From: Chrysomallon squamiferum
Taxonomy: Eukaryota > Animalia > Mollusca
DNA length: 64,000 bases
NCBI GenBank assembly: GCA_012295275.1
Contig: CM022677.1
Location: forward strand, 496,001-560,000
Reading direction: 5' to 3'
In this document: in pieces, positions 40,589 through 54,396 of the stretch
How the letters are laid out: each line of letters starts with the position of its first letter
How positions within the stretch are numbered: position 1 is the first letter of the stretch
Program-made: the position numbers and the translations under genes
Notes under the pieces: generated by a model
Told to the model about the DNA's origin: nothing
Database searches by the model: none
What the model saw: only the letters and a program-made list of their open reading frames with translations

Positions 40589-41403
40589 AAAAAAAAAATA
40601 CAAAAAATGAAATTTAAAAAAAAAAAAAAAAATTGTATGACTCTACTTTACAAGAGTATTTATAAATAATGTCAGTTTTGGGATAAAATATATAGAAACA
40701 TTTCTATATAATATATTATCAATAGGATTGCAAATAAATATATAATTTTTATGTACTGTACGTTTCGAAAACGGCATATTGTGGGTCCTCAGTCTTTTGT
40801 GAGACTTTGCATTAATCGAAAACAGAAATTGGTGTATCAATAACTATATTTTTATATAGATAATGTTTTCTTGCTGTCAGTATTATTAGTCTATGCTAAT
40901 TTAAAAAGAAGTGTTTATGCTAATTTTTACATGCATGCTATTTCTCACCTCAATGGAAATGCTTCATCGCTTTTTCCGGGTGGACCATAACCGCTTAATC
41001 CCGAAATATTCCGAGCAGAGCCAAATTTATTTACGATGTCTTCCGAAAGTTGGCTAGAAAGATTAGCGGTTACTTTATAACAACAAGGAGGACAGTTGCA
41101 ATTATCAGTATCTGCAAAGCCTTCTCCTGTGGGATTTAAATAGAACACAAAGTTATTTAAGTCAGAAATACCATGGGGCGTGCTCAGAAAAAGTATATCG
41201 GGCGATAAAGACAGAATCGTCTGATCGACAGTTTTGCAGGCTTCGTGAATTTTCCACGCTTCTTGTTTTGCTGTGTGGTTGGTTGTATTGAAATGTTTCG
41301 GATCCAGAGCAATTCCGCCGTGCGGCAGAACGAACCCGGCCAGTAGTTTGGAGAAAGATAAATCAAGTGATGTGAAAAACACAATCACAATTGCAAAACA
41401 CAT
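40405..41403 (-). CDS. LigB/Memo-like gene exons 1 (41403-40949) and 2 (40529-40405), intact
   Basis: ATG start, signal-peptide-like N-terminus, PHG and TPHG motifs; GT/AG sites; phases 2 and 1 join without stops (..FPLR/WGEVIPLHFIP..LLHLG). Confidence 0.85.
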
Positions 41404-42451
41404 CTCGACTTTCTATTTCGTTCTTAAATCATATGACTCTAGAGTTACCTGCCCTTCTGTGTTTTTCCTTAAAGAGCAACAATACATCTGAAGGAAATAG
41501 TAATTTATTTGTATAATGATAATCGATAGGAATTAAAAATCTATATTATCGCCTTGTTAATTTATAAGAGTTGGTTTTCTGAATTGTCCCAATAGTTAAT
41601 TTTTTGTTGATGTTGTTTTTGTTTTTTGTTCTTTTTTGTATTTGTTTGTTATTGTCATCATCATCAGCAGCAGCAGCAGCTGCAGCATCATTATTACCAT
41701 TATTTTCTTGTTATTTTTATGGGCAAAGGGCGTGTACATGAAACGTTAAGCGATGCATGACTGTAGTTTGTATCAATACATTGTTTTAGAAAAACGTTCT
41801 TTAAAACAGATTTATAGAAGACTACATGGTTGCTTTGGAGTAACAAGACTACATGGTTGCTTTGGAGTAACATCAAAGTTTATTATTATCATTATCATCA
41901 TCATCATCATCATTATTATTATTATCATTATTATTATTATTATTATTATCATCATTATTAAAAGTTGATTTGTAAGTGAGAAAATCTGAGGTAATAATGG
42001 CGTATTACTTTAGCTCCTTTTCAGCGGCCGCGCCTCACATTTTTCTTTCGTAATTCAGCATCATCGAAGCTGTAATAACATGTTGTAGATAACGCTGCAT
42101 CCGAAACACTGTGTTACCTGTAAGTGTGATAGGCCTGCATCAAAGCTGAACAGGCCTACACGTCTACAGACACAGTCAGTGACGAAATCAAAGGCAAGTT
42201 GTGTTAAAAGAAGTATACAAGTACAGAAGTGTGATCACTTCACATGTAAAATGGAACTGAAGTCTGTAGCGAAAAAAAAAAAAAAAACGGCTTCCCAGCT
42301 AAATATCCATTGTTGTTCTTGTTATTATTTATTATTACCGTCATTATCATCATCATCATGATAATTATTATAATTATTATTGTTGTTGTCGTTGTTGTTG
42401 TTGTTTAATTTTTCTTCATTTCCATATGAAATGTTTTGTTCATTCTTCTTT

Positions 42452-43151
42452 TCATCTCTGAACGAATGATGCTACCATCATACCGTAGTAACTTGGGTGA
42501 TAGTTTGCTAAAACGTTTGGTAACCATGACGACAGCCCGGCAGTTTCTAACAGACCATGTAACATGACTAGACCCGTGTAACCACACGACAGCGCGCGAT
42601 CGACTAGTCCAGCCGCTCTGTTCAACAGCAACATGCCGTCCAGAGTCGCTGCCCACTCACCAACAGCCTGAAATATTCAAATAATGAGAACCATCGTGAC
42701 AACTGTATTAATGAAACAAAAACAAACTGTGATCAGTTATGTACTAATCACACAAGTCTTTCAACACTGAAGACAAAACAGTTGCAGCATGTTCTTTCCT
42801 ACCCATAACATTAAACATAAATAGTTTTAGAAATCCTCCAAAACGTCAGTTACATTCATTAATTCAAACAAATAAATAAGCCTATTTTACACCTATTAAT
42901 CATAAATATAAAAATGTGCTCAGGTGCTATTACAAAACATATCTGCTTTGATACTGTTGTTCTGGAGAAATTTTAAAGTGTTTTTAAAAGGTTCAAGCAC
43001 GACTGACTGGTTGTACTTACATGGTCGAATGGCTCTGATGCGTTGGAGTAGCCGTATGGGCCAGTGCTGAGATGCGTGTGTGCGAGGTCAGCGCTGATGA
43101 TGACAACAACACGCTCTGGCGCGTCTTCCAAATACCTGTATAAATCAGCAC
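42452..43151 (-). CDS. LigB/Memo-like gene exons 3 (43151-43021) and 4 (42667-42452), intact
   Basis: Phase-compatible with exon 2; 455+125+131+216 = 927 nt = 308 aa plus stop; SADLAH and SCG motifs. Confidence 0.85.
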
Positions 43152-43664
43152 CTGAAATTGATACACAGACAGGTAAAAGTTTAATTAATGAAGCAAATAC
43201 CAACTTGTTATTTAGGCAGTTTGCTGTGTGACGTGTTAACGTAAGCTGAATTCAAAGATAATGGCAACAGTTCAAAATTAGACATTTGTGAAACTCAAAA
43301 TGTACAACTTTCGTCAAATTGAAACATTTTACATAATATTACAAACGTTCATTATGTTGTGATTTGTTCTTTTTTAATCTTAATTACAGTCCATCCTCTT
43401 TATAATATTGACAGAAACTCTCAGTTAATTTTGGCATTACAAGGAGTTGGGTGATAAGTTTTCTGAGATGCTAACTTATAGGATTTTAGGTAGTGCCATA
43501 TGTCATGTGACTAGTCTGAGTGGTATTAGTACCTGAAAGGGCAGCAGACTATAATAGCATCACGTGACAAGGTGTTAATTATTTCAGACAGCTTAACTAT
43601 TAAGTGACTATTCTGTATCCACAAGAGAACAATAACACAAACACGAATTCAGTATGGATAATTG

Positions 43665-46600
43665 TAGGTATGTGGACAAATTTTTCAAAACCCACTAATC
43701 TGAAAATAAATAAGACAGTTGGGTAGAGGTTGTAAACCACTTTAAAATGATGCCAAGATCAAGTGAATATGTAAAAAATTAAGGAAGTAGCAGCAATTTT
43801 AAACCCACTGGAAACCCCCTCATTAGAGGTTTGTGACCAAAAATAGTAATATTTTAACATTTTCCCCTCTATCTTTGTTAATAATCAAGCTTTCTTGATG
43901 AAATATTCAGTGAAGACCAATGCCAATCTCTGCTATCGATTATATTTGTAAAAATTAAAAAGAAGTTATTAATTAACGTACCAGCAGCCTAACAAACATA
44001 AGTGGAAAAAAGTGCCGATTTTGTCCATTTCCCGCCCCTCCCAAATCCCTTCTGTAAAATTTAACATGAAAAACAATTAGACTCAAATACAGATTAATAA
44101 GCGCTCTTTTAAATGGTGATGTTGTTTTTGTTATGTGTTAAATCAGTAGTTTGTATGAGAGTGTTAAACGTGGTGGGGGTAAACGAACTTTGTGAACATC
44201 CCTAAAGCTAAATTGCGGTGTCGCTATACGAAGGCGCTCAAATGAAACAAAAGCGGTGTCCCCTTTGCTTAACACCGACTATTTTTAAAAAAAAAAGAAA
44301 CAAAGGCTATTTTATAAAAGCACCCAGGAAGGTCAAAGTTCGAAATTTCTAACATCGTACATGTCGTCGCTATTAATACCAATGGCGTACATAAACGTAA
44401 TAATGTCCAAAATTATATTGTGTTTTGCCTTAAAAATTAAAATTTAAAAAAAAAAAAAAAAAAAACTTAAGAAAGAAAGAAAAAAAAACCAGAGTAACAA
44501 ACATATAAAAAAGAACCTCTGCTATTTAAAATGATAGAAAACTATGTTTATATTTTTAGTAACTTTTAAACTGATGCAAAAACTTCTCTCATGTGTTCAT
44601 AAACTGATTTCTAAAGTATATACATTAATCAATATGAATACGATCGAAAACTAAAATAAAACTCGTGTTTCATAAACTTTAAAAATTCTTGCGATAAATG
44701 GCGAATTAAAAAAATCATAAACTGATAATAACAAACTGTAAATCTACAAAACAGTACAATGAATGTATTCTGTGAATCTAAACTGTACCAGAAACTATTC
44801 ATAGAATATTAAATACATAAACGTAAATCAACTTTTTTTTTTAATCGTAAAACCATAAACTGATAAATCATAAAGTGTTCAGTTTTAAAACTTAGGCTAT
44901 TTTTGCTTCAATTGTTGATTTGCTCCATCAGAGAAAACATCAACGATGGTCACATGATACATTGATAGGTATCTTTTGTTTGCTGTCAAATCACAGGAAG
45001 TACAAACACAAAACCAAGAAAATTATTTTGTCTGCTTCAAATGACAGTTACAATACCTGTGTCTTTAATTGTCATGATTACATACACATTGTATTGCTCC
45101 TAATAAAGACCGGCAACACCTTTCTGGAGTCGACTCCAAGGATTATACGAGTTTATGTATTGCAGAGGATTATAGTTAAACTTCAAATGCTAGTAATCGG
45201 CAAAACAATATTAATTGGTTTATTTCAGAACGAATACATATTATATTTAGTAAAAGTCACAACATCCAATAAAACATGCATCCTACAAGCTATTAAAAAT
45301 ATAATGAACATTGATTATAGAAATATAATCATTTCAAACAGCACCAGTTATTTGTAGTTGCACATGACTAGGTAGGAAACGAATTTACGGCGATTGTAAA
45401 TAAAATCAACGTGATTTCGGTCTGTAGAAAACATAAATTAACGGCGATTTCGCTAAGCACGTGCTATAATGTACACGCTGAAAATAAGAACATTCAAGAA
45501 AAACTTAGAGCAAACAAGTTATTAAAAACAGAAATATAATCATATTAAAAACGTCACGCTTTTCTAGATGTACATACGGCAATTTCGGTAGGGTAGAACA
45601 CGTATTATAATGTACTCGCTGAAAATAAGAACATTCGAGAAGGAAGAACATTCGAGAAGGAAAAACATTCAACCAAAAAGTTATTAAAAATATAAAAAAC
45701 ATAGAAATATAATCATTTTCAACAGCGCCAGACCTTTCTAGCACATTTTAAAATTTAAACGCAAGCACACATGTATACACAATATTTTATTAAAAATGAT
45801 ATTTGAAATATTCGACAAATTGACCTTTCTAACTGTACATAAAACCTACTAGAATTCAAAATTAAATATTATATAGTTAGATCATCCTCGATTAGATCTG
45901 CAGCCAGAGCATGGATGTTCATACAGTAGTCTACTGCATCTGCATACGATTCATTTGCTCCCCAGTAGGCTACAACATATTTCTTACCTTTGCATGTAAT
46001 CTTCTCTATCTTTCCATTGTATATTGCTCTTTCTCCATCATCAATCCACGTATGGCAAATCATGCTACCCACTGAATTCCCTGATAAAAGTTCACTTACC
46101 TTTTCCTTTATACTCTGAGAGATCCGAGAATTCAACAGAGAGTCTGTCGATGTCTACACTTTTCAATCTTCTCTCCAATCTGTTCCTCTCTGTGGTCTCC
46201 TTTGCCTGCAGCTTCTGTACTTGTCTCCTGTTTTGTTCTTTCCTCAGATTCTTGTGGATCGCCGTTTTAATAATACGATCTCTTGTCTCCGTGTCTAGGG
46301 CATCAAGATAATCCACTGTCCTGTTTTTGATGGCCCTCATTTTACATGAGATTAGCAGAGAGTAGCATTTGGGGATTTCTTCTGTAAGGAACTAAACATC
46401 CCCATGATCTCTTCTGCATCAATGTTGTGACATCTGGCCGACCTTGTCTCATCCCTCAGTCTCTCAGTGAGATCGCAGTGGAAGTATCTGTTGTACTGCC
46501 GTTCAAGGACAACAACTGTTGCATACAAACAACTCTTCATCATGTTCGCAAACAGGGAGATGTCTTTAGGTGCTGCTTGGAGCATCTCCAGAGTTGGTTC

Positions 46601-49135
46601 TTGCAAAATTATACGTCCCAAAAAATCTATCTTGCATGACAGAGCGTCTTCAGGGGACTGTGCACTGACTTTCAGTTTGGCAATAAGTTGCTTGACAAGC
46701 TCAATGCACTGAATGTGGTTTACTTGTTCTGGGGCAACTGCTGATTGGTAGAACTTGGTCATCCAAGGTCCACTAAGCAGTTTCCCAATAAGTCCAAGCA
46801 CCTGCATTTCCACTTGTGCAGGAACAGACACAAAGTCTGCTAGGATGCTATGCCGTAAACCACCACAAGATACACCCTTCTGCAGAAAACTCGTGAATAA
46901 ATTATGGAAGCGAGTGAAAACGCCACATATATGAAAAAGGATATGTAGGCGGTTACCTCTGTATCTGGGTAAGATCCCATGTGCCAAGTTTTCGTGGTCC
47001 AGAAAAATGATGAAACCACGAGGATCACCCTTGCTATCCATAAACCTCATTTTGTTCATCTGCACGACTATGTTTCCAGCCAAACAGTCTGTCCCTTTAA
47101 GTTTCTTTTCTATTCTGATTTCTGCTTCACATACCTTTAGAGCAACACGAGTTTTTGTTGCAATTGAGTCCAATGGATGCAAATGGCAATTTAATTCATT
47201 GAGTGTTTTGCTCCACGTTTCATTCAGAAGCTGAATTGCAGCATGATTTGCAGGGCATCGATCAGTAAGGGTATTGCAAATATTAGAAATTATTTTTGTT
47301 CTTGCAGTTTGATAATCATCCTCATGAAAGTTTGAGTATGTTCTAGTAAGTTCTTAATGGAGTCAGATATGTGCTCGTGGTAATCATCAGCAGTCCCACC
47401 AGCCAGTTCATCAACTGCAGCAACATAACAGTTCTCTGGTGTCGTAATGTGGACACTTTCACATGTGTGCCTCCTGTGTTGTGGCATCAAAACCAAGTGT
47501 GCAGCTTTTATTCTCAATTACAGCTTCAGCTGCCTGTAATTCCGTTATTACTCCAAGTTCCCTTGTCATTGCCTCAGTAGTGGTTCTGTGTGGGATGTCC
47601 TTCAGTGGAACACCACACCGCCAAAAACAAATTCTGAAGAAGAACAGGGATATTGCTGGTTGGCACCTGATTAACAATGGCATCAAATACCATCATTCTT
47701 AGGTCTGCAGAATAGACCTTTCCATTATATTTTGTCAATTTTAGTTTACTAACTGACTCATGAAGCTTTTCTTCAAGCAGGGTTTTATCTCTCTGGAGAT
47801 CAATTATCTCCTTTTGTTTTATTTCAAGTTTTATTTTAAGTTCAGAAATTTCGTTTTTGGCAGAGAGAAGAAGCAGAGTTTCTGATTCAGTTTTATTCTT
47901 TTTTCCGCTATGGTACTTTTTCATTTGTTCGTGGGTTTTTTAAAAGTTTGACAGAGTAGATTTTGCTTCATGCATGATAACCTTTGAAACGGTGCTTTGC
48001 TCTTGAAATTTTGCTATCTGTTCCTCTTTCCGTCTGATTGTTTGTTTTAAGAATTTAGTGTAAATATAAAGCACGTGTCCTTTCAATAACTCATCTGTTG
48101 CAGGAACTGTGGAATACTTTTCTTGCAGATGCTGTCTGCCTAAGCTCGGTTGGTTACATCTAATTAGGCACTGTCTCTTGTTACTCAAATGCATCTTTTG
48201 GTTATTCACTGAAAAAAAAAAAAACAAAAGAGCTGAGAAGACAAGTGAAATAAGTTTTAAAAAGTTGAAATTATGAAAGACAATATTACCAAAATGAAAC
48301 ATCAACTGTGGGTCAAACCAAACACTGAACAAAAAAAAAAAAAAAAAAAAAATGAAAAGAAATGCAAAATTTGAATGACCAGCACAAATTAAATCCACAC
48401 AGAATACAACAGCAAGTGCTTATTTGATTTGGTTTTTAGAAATTATAATTGTTTGGTCAATTTTATGATTTTAAAATCCTAAAACATCTTGAGATTTGAG
48501 ACAATTATGGATGAAAATACCAATATATTGTTAGGAACATATTTGTCCATCATTCTTATGTAAGATAATTTAAGAAGAATAAGTCAGTATAATCCATTCT
48601 CAGACGTAAGTCCTTACACAGGAAGTTTGGTCTGCCATGACACTTTCACTTCGGCGATCTAACGTCGAAATAACCATGCTTGACGAGGTAAAGATTAGTT
48701 AGCATGCTTGCAGCTGCTTGACAAAATTTCAAAGACAATTAGATCCAAAAAACTAATTATTATGTCCAGCTACTTTTCATTCGTCTCGTGTAACCGGTTT
48801 TAGTGACTGTAGCATGTTGAAAATTCGTAATTTTGAAGAAAAAAAAAGAAACTGGCGATATAACGCCAACAAACCATATTTCACGAGGTAAAAATTACAA
48901 TTAAGAGCCTCGAAGCTGCTTGATAAAATTTCAAAGACAATAAGATAATAAAACTAATTATTATGTCCAGTTTCTTTTCATTCGTGTCACATAACCGGTT
49001 TTAGTTATTGTAGCATGTTGAAAATTCCGTAAAAGTTTCAAGATGGCGATCGAAAACCGAAATTACACATAGACCATATTTCACGAGGCAATCATAATAA
49101 TTGAAGGCGTCCATACATTTTGATAAAATTTTATA
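43665..49135 (-). mobile_element. hAT-like cut-and-paste DNA transposon with a frameshifted DDE transposase (~48193-45869)
   Basis: Candidate catalytic motifs LGFDATT, TDR and HNIDAEEIMGMFS; CxxH-type motif (CHLH); YRGNRLHILF. One end TAGGTATGTGGACA at 43665 is defined against the empty site near 29335; ~180-bp subterminal repeats at ~48650-49135; other end truncated. Superfamily call is tentative. Confidence 0.7.
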
Positions 49136-49939
49136 AAGGTTATAAAGGGAACCGAGACAAAATAAGAATCTGCACGGAGGACAGATTAAAACCTTAACTT
49201 TTTGGGTACAATAAATGTTACTGACACTGGTTAATTGCACATTACATCCTATCAAAATAAGAATAGACAATTCCTTACCATACTCGTCAGTAAAGAAAAT
49301 GTCATTCGAAAACATTGGTTTCATCGCCTGACTGAATTCTCGTCTTCACCGTTTCCTTCGCTTACTTCTCTCCTTAATTACTAAAAGCCAGCCTTTTTTA
49401 ATAACTACGCCATGGAGTTGAAAAATCTGCGGAAACAATAAAAAATCGATGTTATTATAGTAATGATTAAAGTTAAGCAATTTCAATTCCATAGCTTAAA
49501 ATGAAAGAGCGGATGTGATTTGAAGTAACAATTAAAGTTACGCAATCTGAATTCCGTGACACTATATCAACATTATGACAGAAATTTGGTAGTAAATAAC
49601 TAACTGTTAGTATATACAGTTACTAATAAGACTGCAAACAGAGTGGGAAAAGACACCCAGATACTGTTTCGTTTAATTTTGACAATTGTTTTCTTTCTTT
49701 TTTTAAACTACGCAGGATTTGATGACATTCTACACAGACATGCCAGCACATAAATAATGTTTCTGTATAATATATTATCAACAGGATTGCAAATAAATGT
49801 ATAATTTTTATGTACTGTACGTTTCGAAAACGGCATACTCTGGGTCCTCAGCCTTTTGTGAGCCTTTGCATTAATCGAAAACATATATCAATAACTATAT
49901 TTTTATAGGATAATGTTTTCTTGCTTCAGTATTATTAGT

Positions 49940-50050
49940 CGTTGGAGTAGCCGTATGGGTCAGTGCTGAGATGCGTGTGTGCGAGGTCAGCGCTGATGAT
50001 GACAACAACACGCTTTGGCGCGTCTTCCAAATACCTGTATAAATCAGCAC
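49940..50050 (-). pseudogene. Collapsed LigB-like unit (partial exon 3 fused to intron 1)
   Basis: Same exon 3/intron 1 fusion junction as at ~6878. Confidence 0.85.
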
Positions 50051-50354
50051 CTGAAATTGATACACAGACAGGTAAAAGTTTAATTAATGAAGCAAATACC
50101 AACTTGTTATTTAGACAGTTTGCTGTGTGACGTGTTACCGTAAGCTGAATTCAACAGTTCAAAATTAGACATTTGTGAAACTCAAAATGTACAACTTTCG
50201 TCAAATTGAAACATTTTACATAATATTACAAACGTTCATTATGTTGTGATTTGTTCTTTTTTAATCTTAATTACAGTCCATCCTCTTTATAATATTGACA
50301 GAAACTCTCAGTTAATTTTGGCATTACAAGGAGTTGGGTGATAAGTTTTCAGCA

Positions 50355-51712
50355 ACTATTTTTAGCACCCAGGAAGGTCAAAGTTCGATATTTCTAACAA
50401 CGTCAGTGTCGTCGCTATCAATACCAGTGGCGTATGAATTTGTAACAAAAGTTATGTCCACAAATGTATATTGCTTGCCTTAAAACAAATTTAAAAAAAA
50501 GTAACAAACATATAAAAGATCTGCTGCTATTTAAAATGATGGAAATTATATTCATATTTTTAATAACTTTTGGGATGCATAGTTTTCTCCTGTGTTCGGA
50601 TTTCTAAAGTATGTACATTACAATATGAATACGATCAGAAATAAACTAACTTCGTGTTTTGCTTTTAAAATTCAGGCGATAAATGGCGAATTAAAAATCA
50701 TAAACATAACAAACTGTACTACAGAACAGTACAATGAATGTATTCTGTGAATCTAAGTACCAGAGGTATTCATAGAATATTAAATAAGAAACGTATAACC
50801 TTTTTTTAATTAATTTTTTTTATCGTAAACCGATAAACTGATAAATCATAAAGTGTTCAGTTTTTAAACTTAGGCTATTTTTGCTTCAAGTGTTGATTTG
50901 CTCCATCAGAGAAAACATCAGCGATGGTCACGTGATACATTGATAGACATCTTTTGTTTGCTGTCAAATCACAGGAAGTACAAACACAAAGCCAAGAAAA
51001 TTCTTTTGTCTCCTTCAAATGACACTTACAATACCTGTGTCTTTAATGTCATGACTATATACAAATTGTATTGTTCCTAATTAATACCTGCAACACCTTT
51101 CTGAGTTTATGTATTGCAGAGGATTATAGTTAAACATCAAATGCTAGTAATCGGCAAAACAATATTAATTGGTTTATTTCAGAACGAATTCATATTATAT
51201 TTAGTAAAAGTCACAACATTTAATAAAACATGCATCCTACAAGCTATTAAAACTATAATCAACATAGATTATAGAAATATAATCATTTCAAATAGCACCA
51301 GTTATTTGTAGTTGCACATAAAATATACGGCAACTTGACTAGGTAGGAAACAATTTACGGCGATTGTAAATAAAATCAACGCGATTTCGGTCTGTGGAAA
51401 ACGTAAATTAACGGCGATTTCGCTAAGCACGTGCTATAAAAGTTTCAAGATGGCGATCGAACACCGAAAACACACATAGACCATTTTTCACGAGGCAATC
51501 ATAACTATTAAATGCGTCCAAGCATTTTGATAAAATTTTAAAGACAATAATATAAAAATCGAATTATTATGTCCACTTACCTTTCGTTTGTGTCACGTAA
51601 CCGGTTTTAGTGATTGTAGCATGGTGAAAATTCCGTAATAGTGTCAAGATGCCGATCGAACACCAAAATGACCAACAGACCATTTTTCACGAGCAATCAT
51701 AACAATTGAATG
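50355..51712 (-). mobile_element. Non-autonomous hAT-like derivative (paralogue of 5083-6458)
   Basis: Matches ~44320-45465 joined to subterminal repeats. Confidence 0.65.
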
Positions 51713-51789
51713 CTAATTTCGTGCAAAATGACTCGTGAACACAGGATAAGTACGAAACCTTTCTAATATTATCATTCCCGTTACTACTA

Positions 51790-51882
<93 letters not shown>

Positions 51883-52168
51883 GTATAATACCGTAGATGC
51901 ACAGACACACACACACTTTCTTTGGCGCTTTCTTTCTTTCTTTCTTTCTTTGAGTAGAAGAAGAACAAGAAGATCGAATACTGCCAGCGCTTTATTTTTA
52001 TTTTTTTTATTTCTTTCTTTTTCTTTTCTTTTCTTTTATTATTTTTTTTTTTTTTTTTTTTTATTTTCCTCATGTTTTTATCTTATTTCGTCATGTTTTT
52101 ATTTTAAGTTTTACATATTTTATTTTATTTATTATTTTTTTCATTTATTATTATTATTATCATCATCA

Positions 52169-52233
<65 letters not shown>

Positions 52234-52888
52234 GCCATCGTTATCGTTGTCGTTATTCAGCGCACGCAATAAGAAGAACGAAGATAAATAGACGTCGGTT
52301 CGTCGTTTTTTTTTTTTGTTTTCTTTCTTTCTTTTAAATTTTCAGTCACTGCCGGACAATTCTGCAGTTGCCTCATCTATTGACGATTAACCTACCCATT
52401 TACAATTGACCAGGTTCACTTTGAACATTAAATATTATTAAATTCTGTCTTAATTGAAAATAACGACGATTACGATTTAATTTATGAAATGATCAGACAC
52501 GTTGTTGTTGTTGTTGCAGCAGTTAGTCAGAAAACATCTTTACGAATGGAAGATCGAGCCCACTCCACAGACGACAGTGTGCCTAGTGTGCGTCGGTGCC
52601 GTGGACTCGGTCTTGCATGCGTTTTTTTGTTCACTGCAGCAAAACTAACTCATTTATTAAACGTATTGAACCCTGTTAAAAACAAACAAATAAACCAAAA
52701 AAAAAAAAAAACACAACAACTTTTTGGCAGAACCAAGTTCAAACTAAATCCGTATAGAATGATTTTTGGAATCAAGCACACAAACGTGGCGGCAACTTTG
52801 CATCGAATTTAGAGATTATTTTTCTCTGGTAATTTCGACGACTACACGAAACGAGAATTATTAGAGGGAGATAAGCCGAGTAAGGAAA
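51713..52888 (+). repeat. 5S-spacer-like segment without 5S
   Basis: Collinear with ~32000-33850 but lacking the 5S-containing unit. Confidence 0.8.
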
Positions 52889-53897
52889 CAGGAGGCTGTC
52901 GGATGGTGTTGTGTTTTGGCAGATGGCCGATCACCCTGAGTGCACCAGTTGAATTGTGTCTAGTTTTTTAATAGAGTTTGGGAGCATTCGGAGTAAGCCG
53001 TGGCTCCGTAGTCGAGCTTGGAGAGAATACACGCTTTGTGTATCAAAATCAGCGTTGACTCGTTTGCTCCCCAACTGGTTCCGGAAATTAACTTTAGAAG
53101 ATTGATTGTTTTTTTGCAGGATGCAATTATGATGTGTATGTGGCATCGGAAGTTGAAATTTGAATGTCTTTGTTTGTGTTATGACGTTGTTCTCGATGTT
53201 GAGTGTGATCTTGCGGTTGTCTGATTTCTTGTTGAAAAGGAGGCATGTTGTTTTGGAAAGAGAAATCTTTATGCCCCATTTCAACATCCAGTCGTTTATG
53301 TTGTTTAAGTCTTTTTGTATTTGTTTCTGTATTGCTGCGGTCGATCTGCCTGCCCGCCAAAAGGCGCAGTCGTCTGCAAAGAGTGCTGTATTTATTGGTT
53401 CCTTTGGTGGATTTCTGGCGTTGTCTTGTTTGTCGAGTGCTGTGACGATGTCGTTGATGTAGATGTTGAAGAGTGTTGGCGAGATCACGGATCCTTGGGG
53501 GATGCCGTTTTCGATTGTCGTTTTCTCTGAGGTGTGACCGTTTACTTTGACTGCTATGGTTCTGTTGTTAATAAAGTCTTTGATAAAGTTGAACATGTTG
53601 CCTTTGATGTTGTTGTTGATTAATTTAACGAGCAGTCCTTCCCTCCATACCATGTCGAATGCTTTTTCAATGTCTAAAAAAACTGCTATGACTTTTTTTG
53701 ATTTCCTAAAAGATTGGTTGATGGATGTTTGCAGGCAGGTGATCTGGTTGTTTGTGCTGTGTTTCTTCCTGAAGCCGCTTTGAAATTTGCTGATTAAATT
53801 GTTGTCGTTTAAATGCCAGGTTGATCAGGCGTGTGTTGATCATTGTTTCCAATGTTTTGCAAATGTGACGTCAGCGTGATCGGCCTGTAGCTGTTGG
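52889..53897 (-). mobile_element. LINE RT fragment
   Basis: ORF 52931-53653 with QGSVISP and FADD, near-identical to 2121-3026. Confidence 0.9.
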
Positions 53898-54396
53898 GTT
53901 CAGGCACGCCTATCATGGATCCGATCTCTGGGATCGCCAGGGATGGGTTCCTGGACAGGAGAGGGAAGGGAAGAGAAAGGGGAAGGAGGGGAAGGGGAAG
54001 GGAAGTGGAAGGGGACGGGACGGGGAAGGGGAAGGGGACAGGAGAGGGGAAGGGGAAGGGAAGGGGAAAGTTGAAGGGGACGGGGACGGTGAAGGTGCAT
54101 TTGAAGTGGGCAATTTGGAATAAACCTTTGAGTGGCTTTTAGTTAATAAGATCCAAAACAGTTACAGTATATACATATATACACACCCATACACATACAT
54201 ACATATACACATATATAGATATATATATACTTATATACATACATACATATATACATATACACATATATAGATACATATATATATGCATTGGGCATTGCTT
54301 GAGGGGTTTTATTTATTTATATTTCTATTTATTTACTTAGTTTTTACTATTATATAACGAGAGAGAGGAAAAGGAGAAAAAGAACTCGTAGTGTCA
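53898..54396 (-). repeat. Repeat with a G-rich (GGGAAG/GGGGAC)n tract; inverted paralogue of 61834-62520
   Basis: Reverse-complement similarity to 61834-62520. Confidence 0.8.

Noticed and set aside
44920-45357. 145-aa ORF with partial repeats at 5486-5899 and 50898-51311
   Set aside because: Antisense to the transposase, within the element's 3' region; frame is not preserved between copies and no motifs are present.
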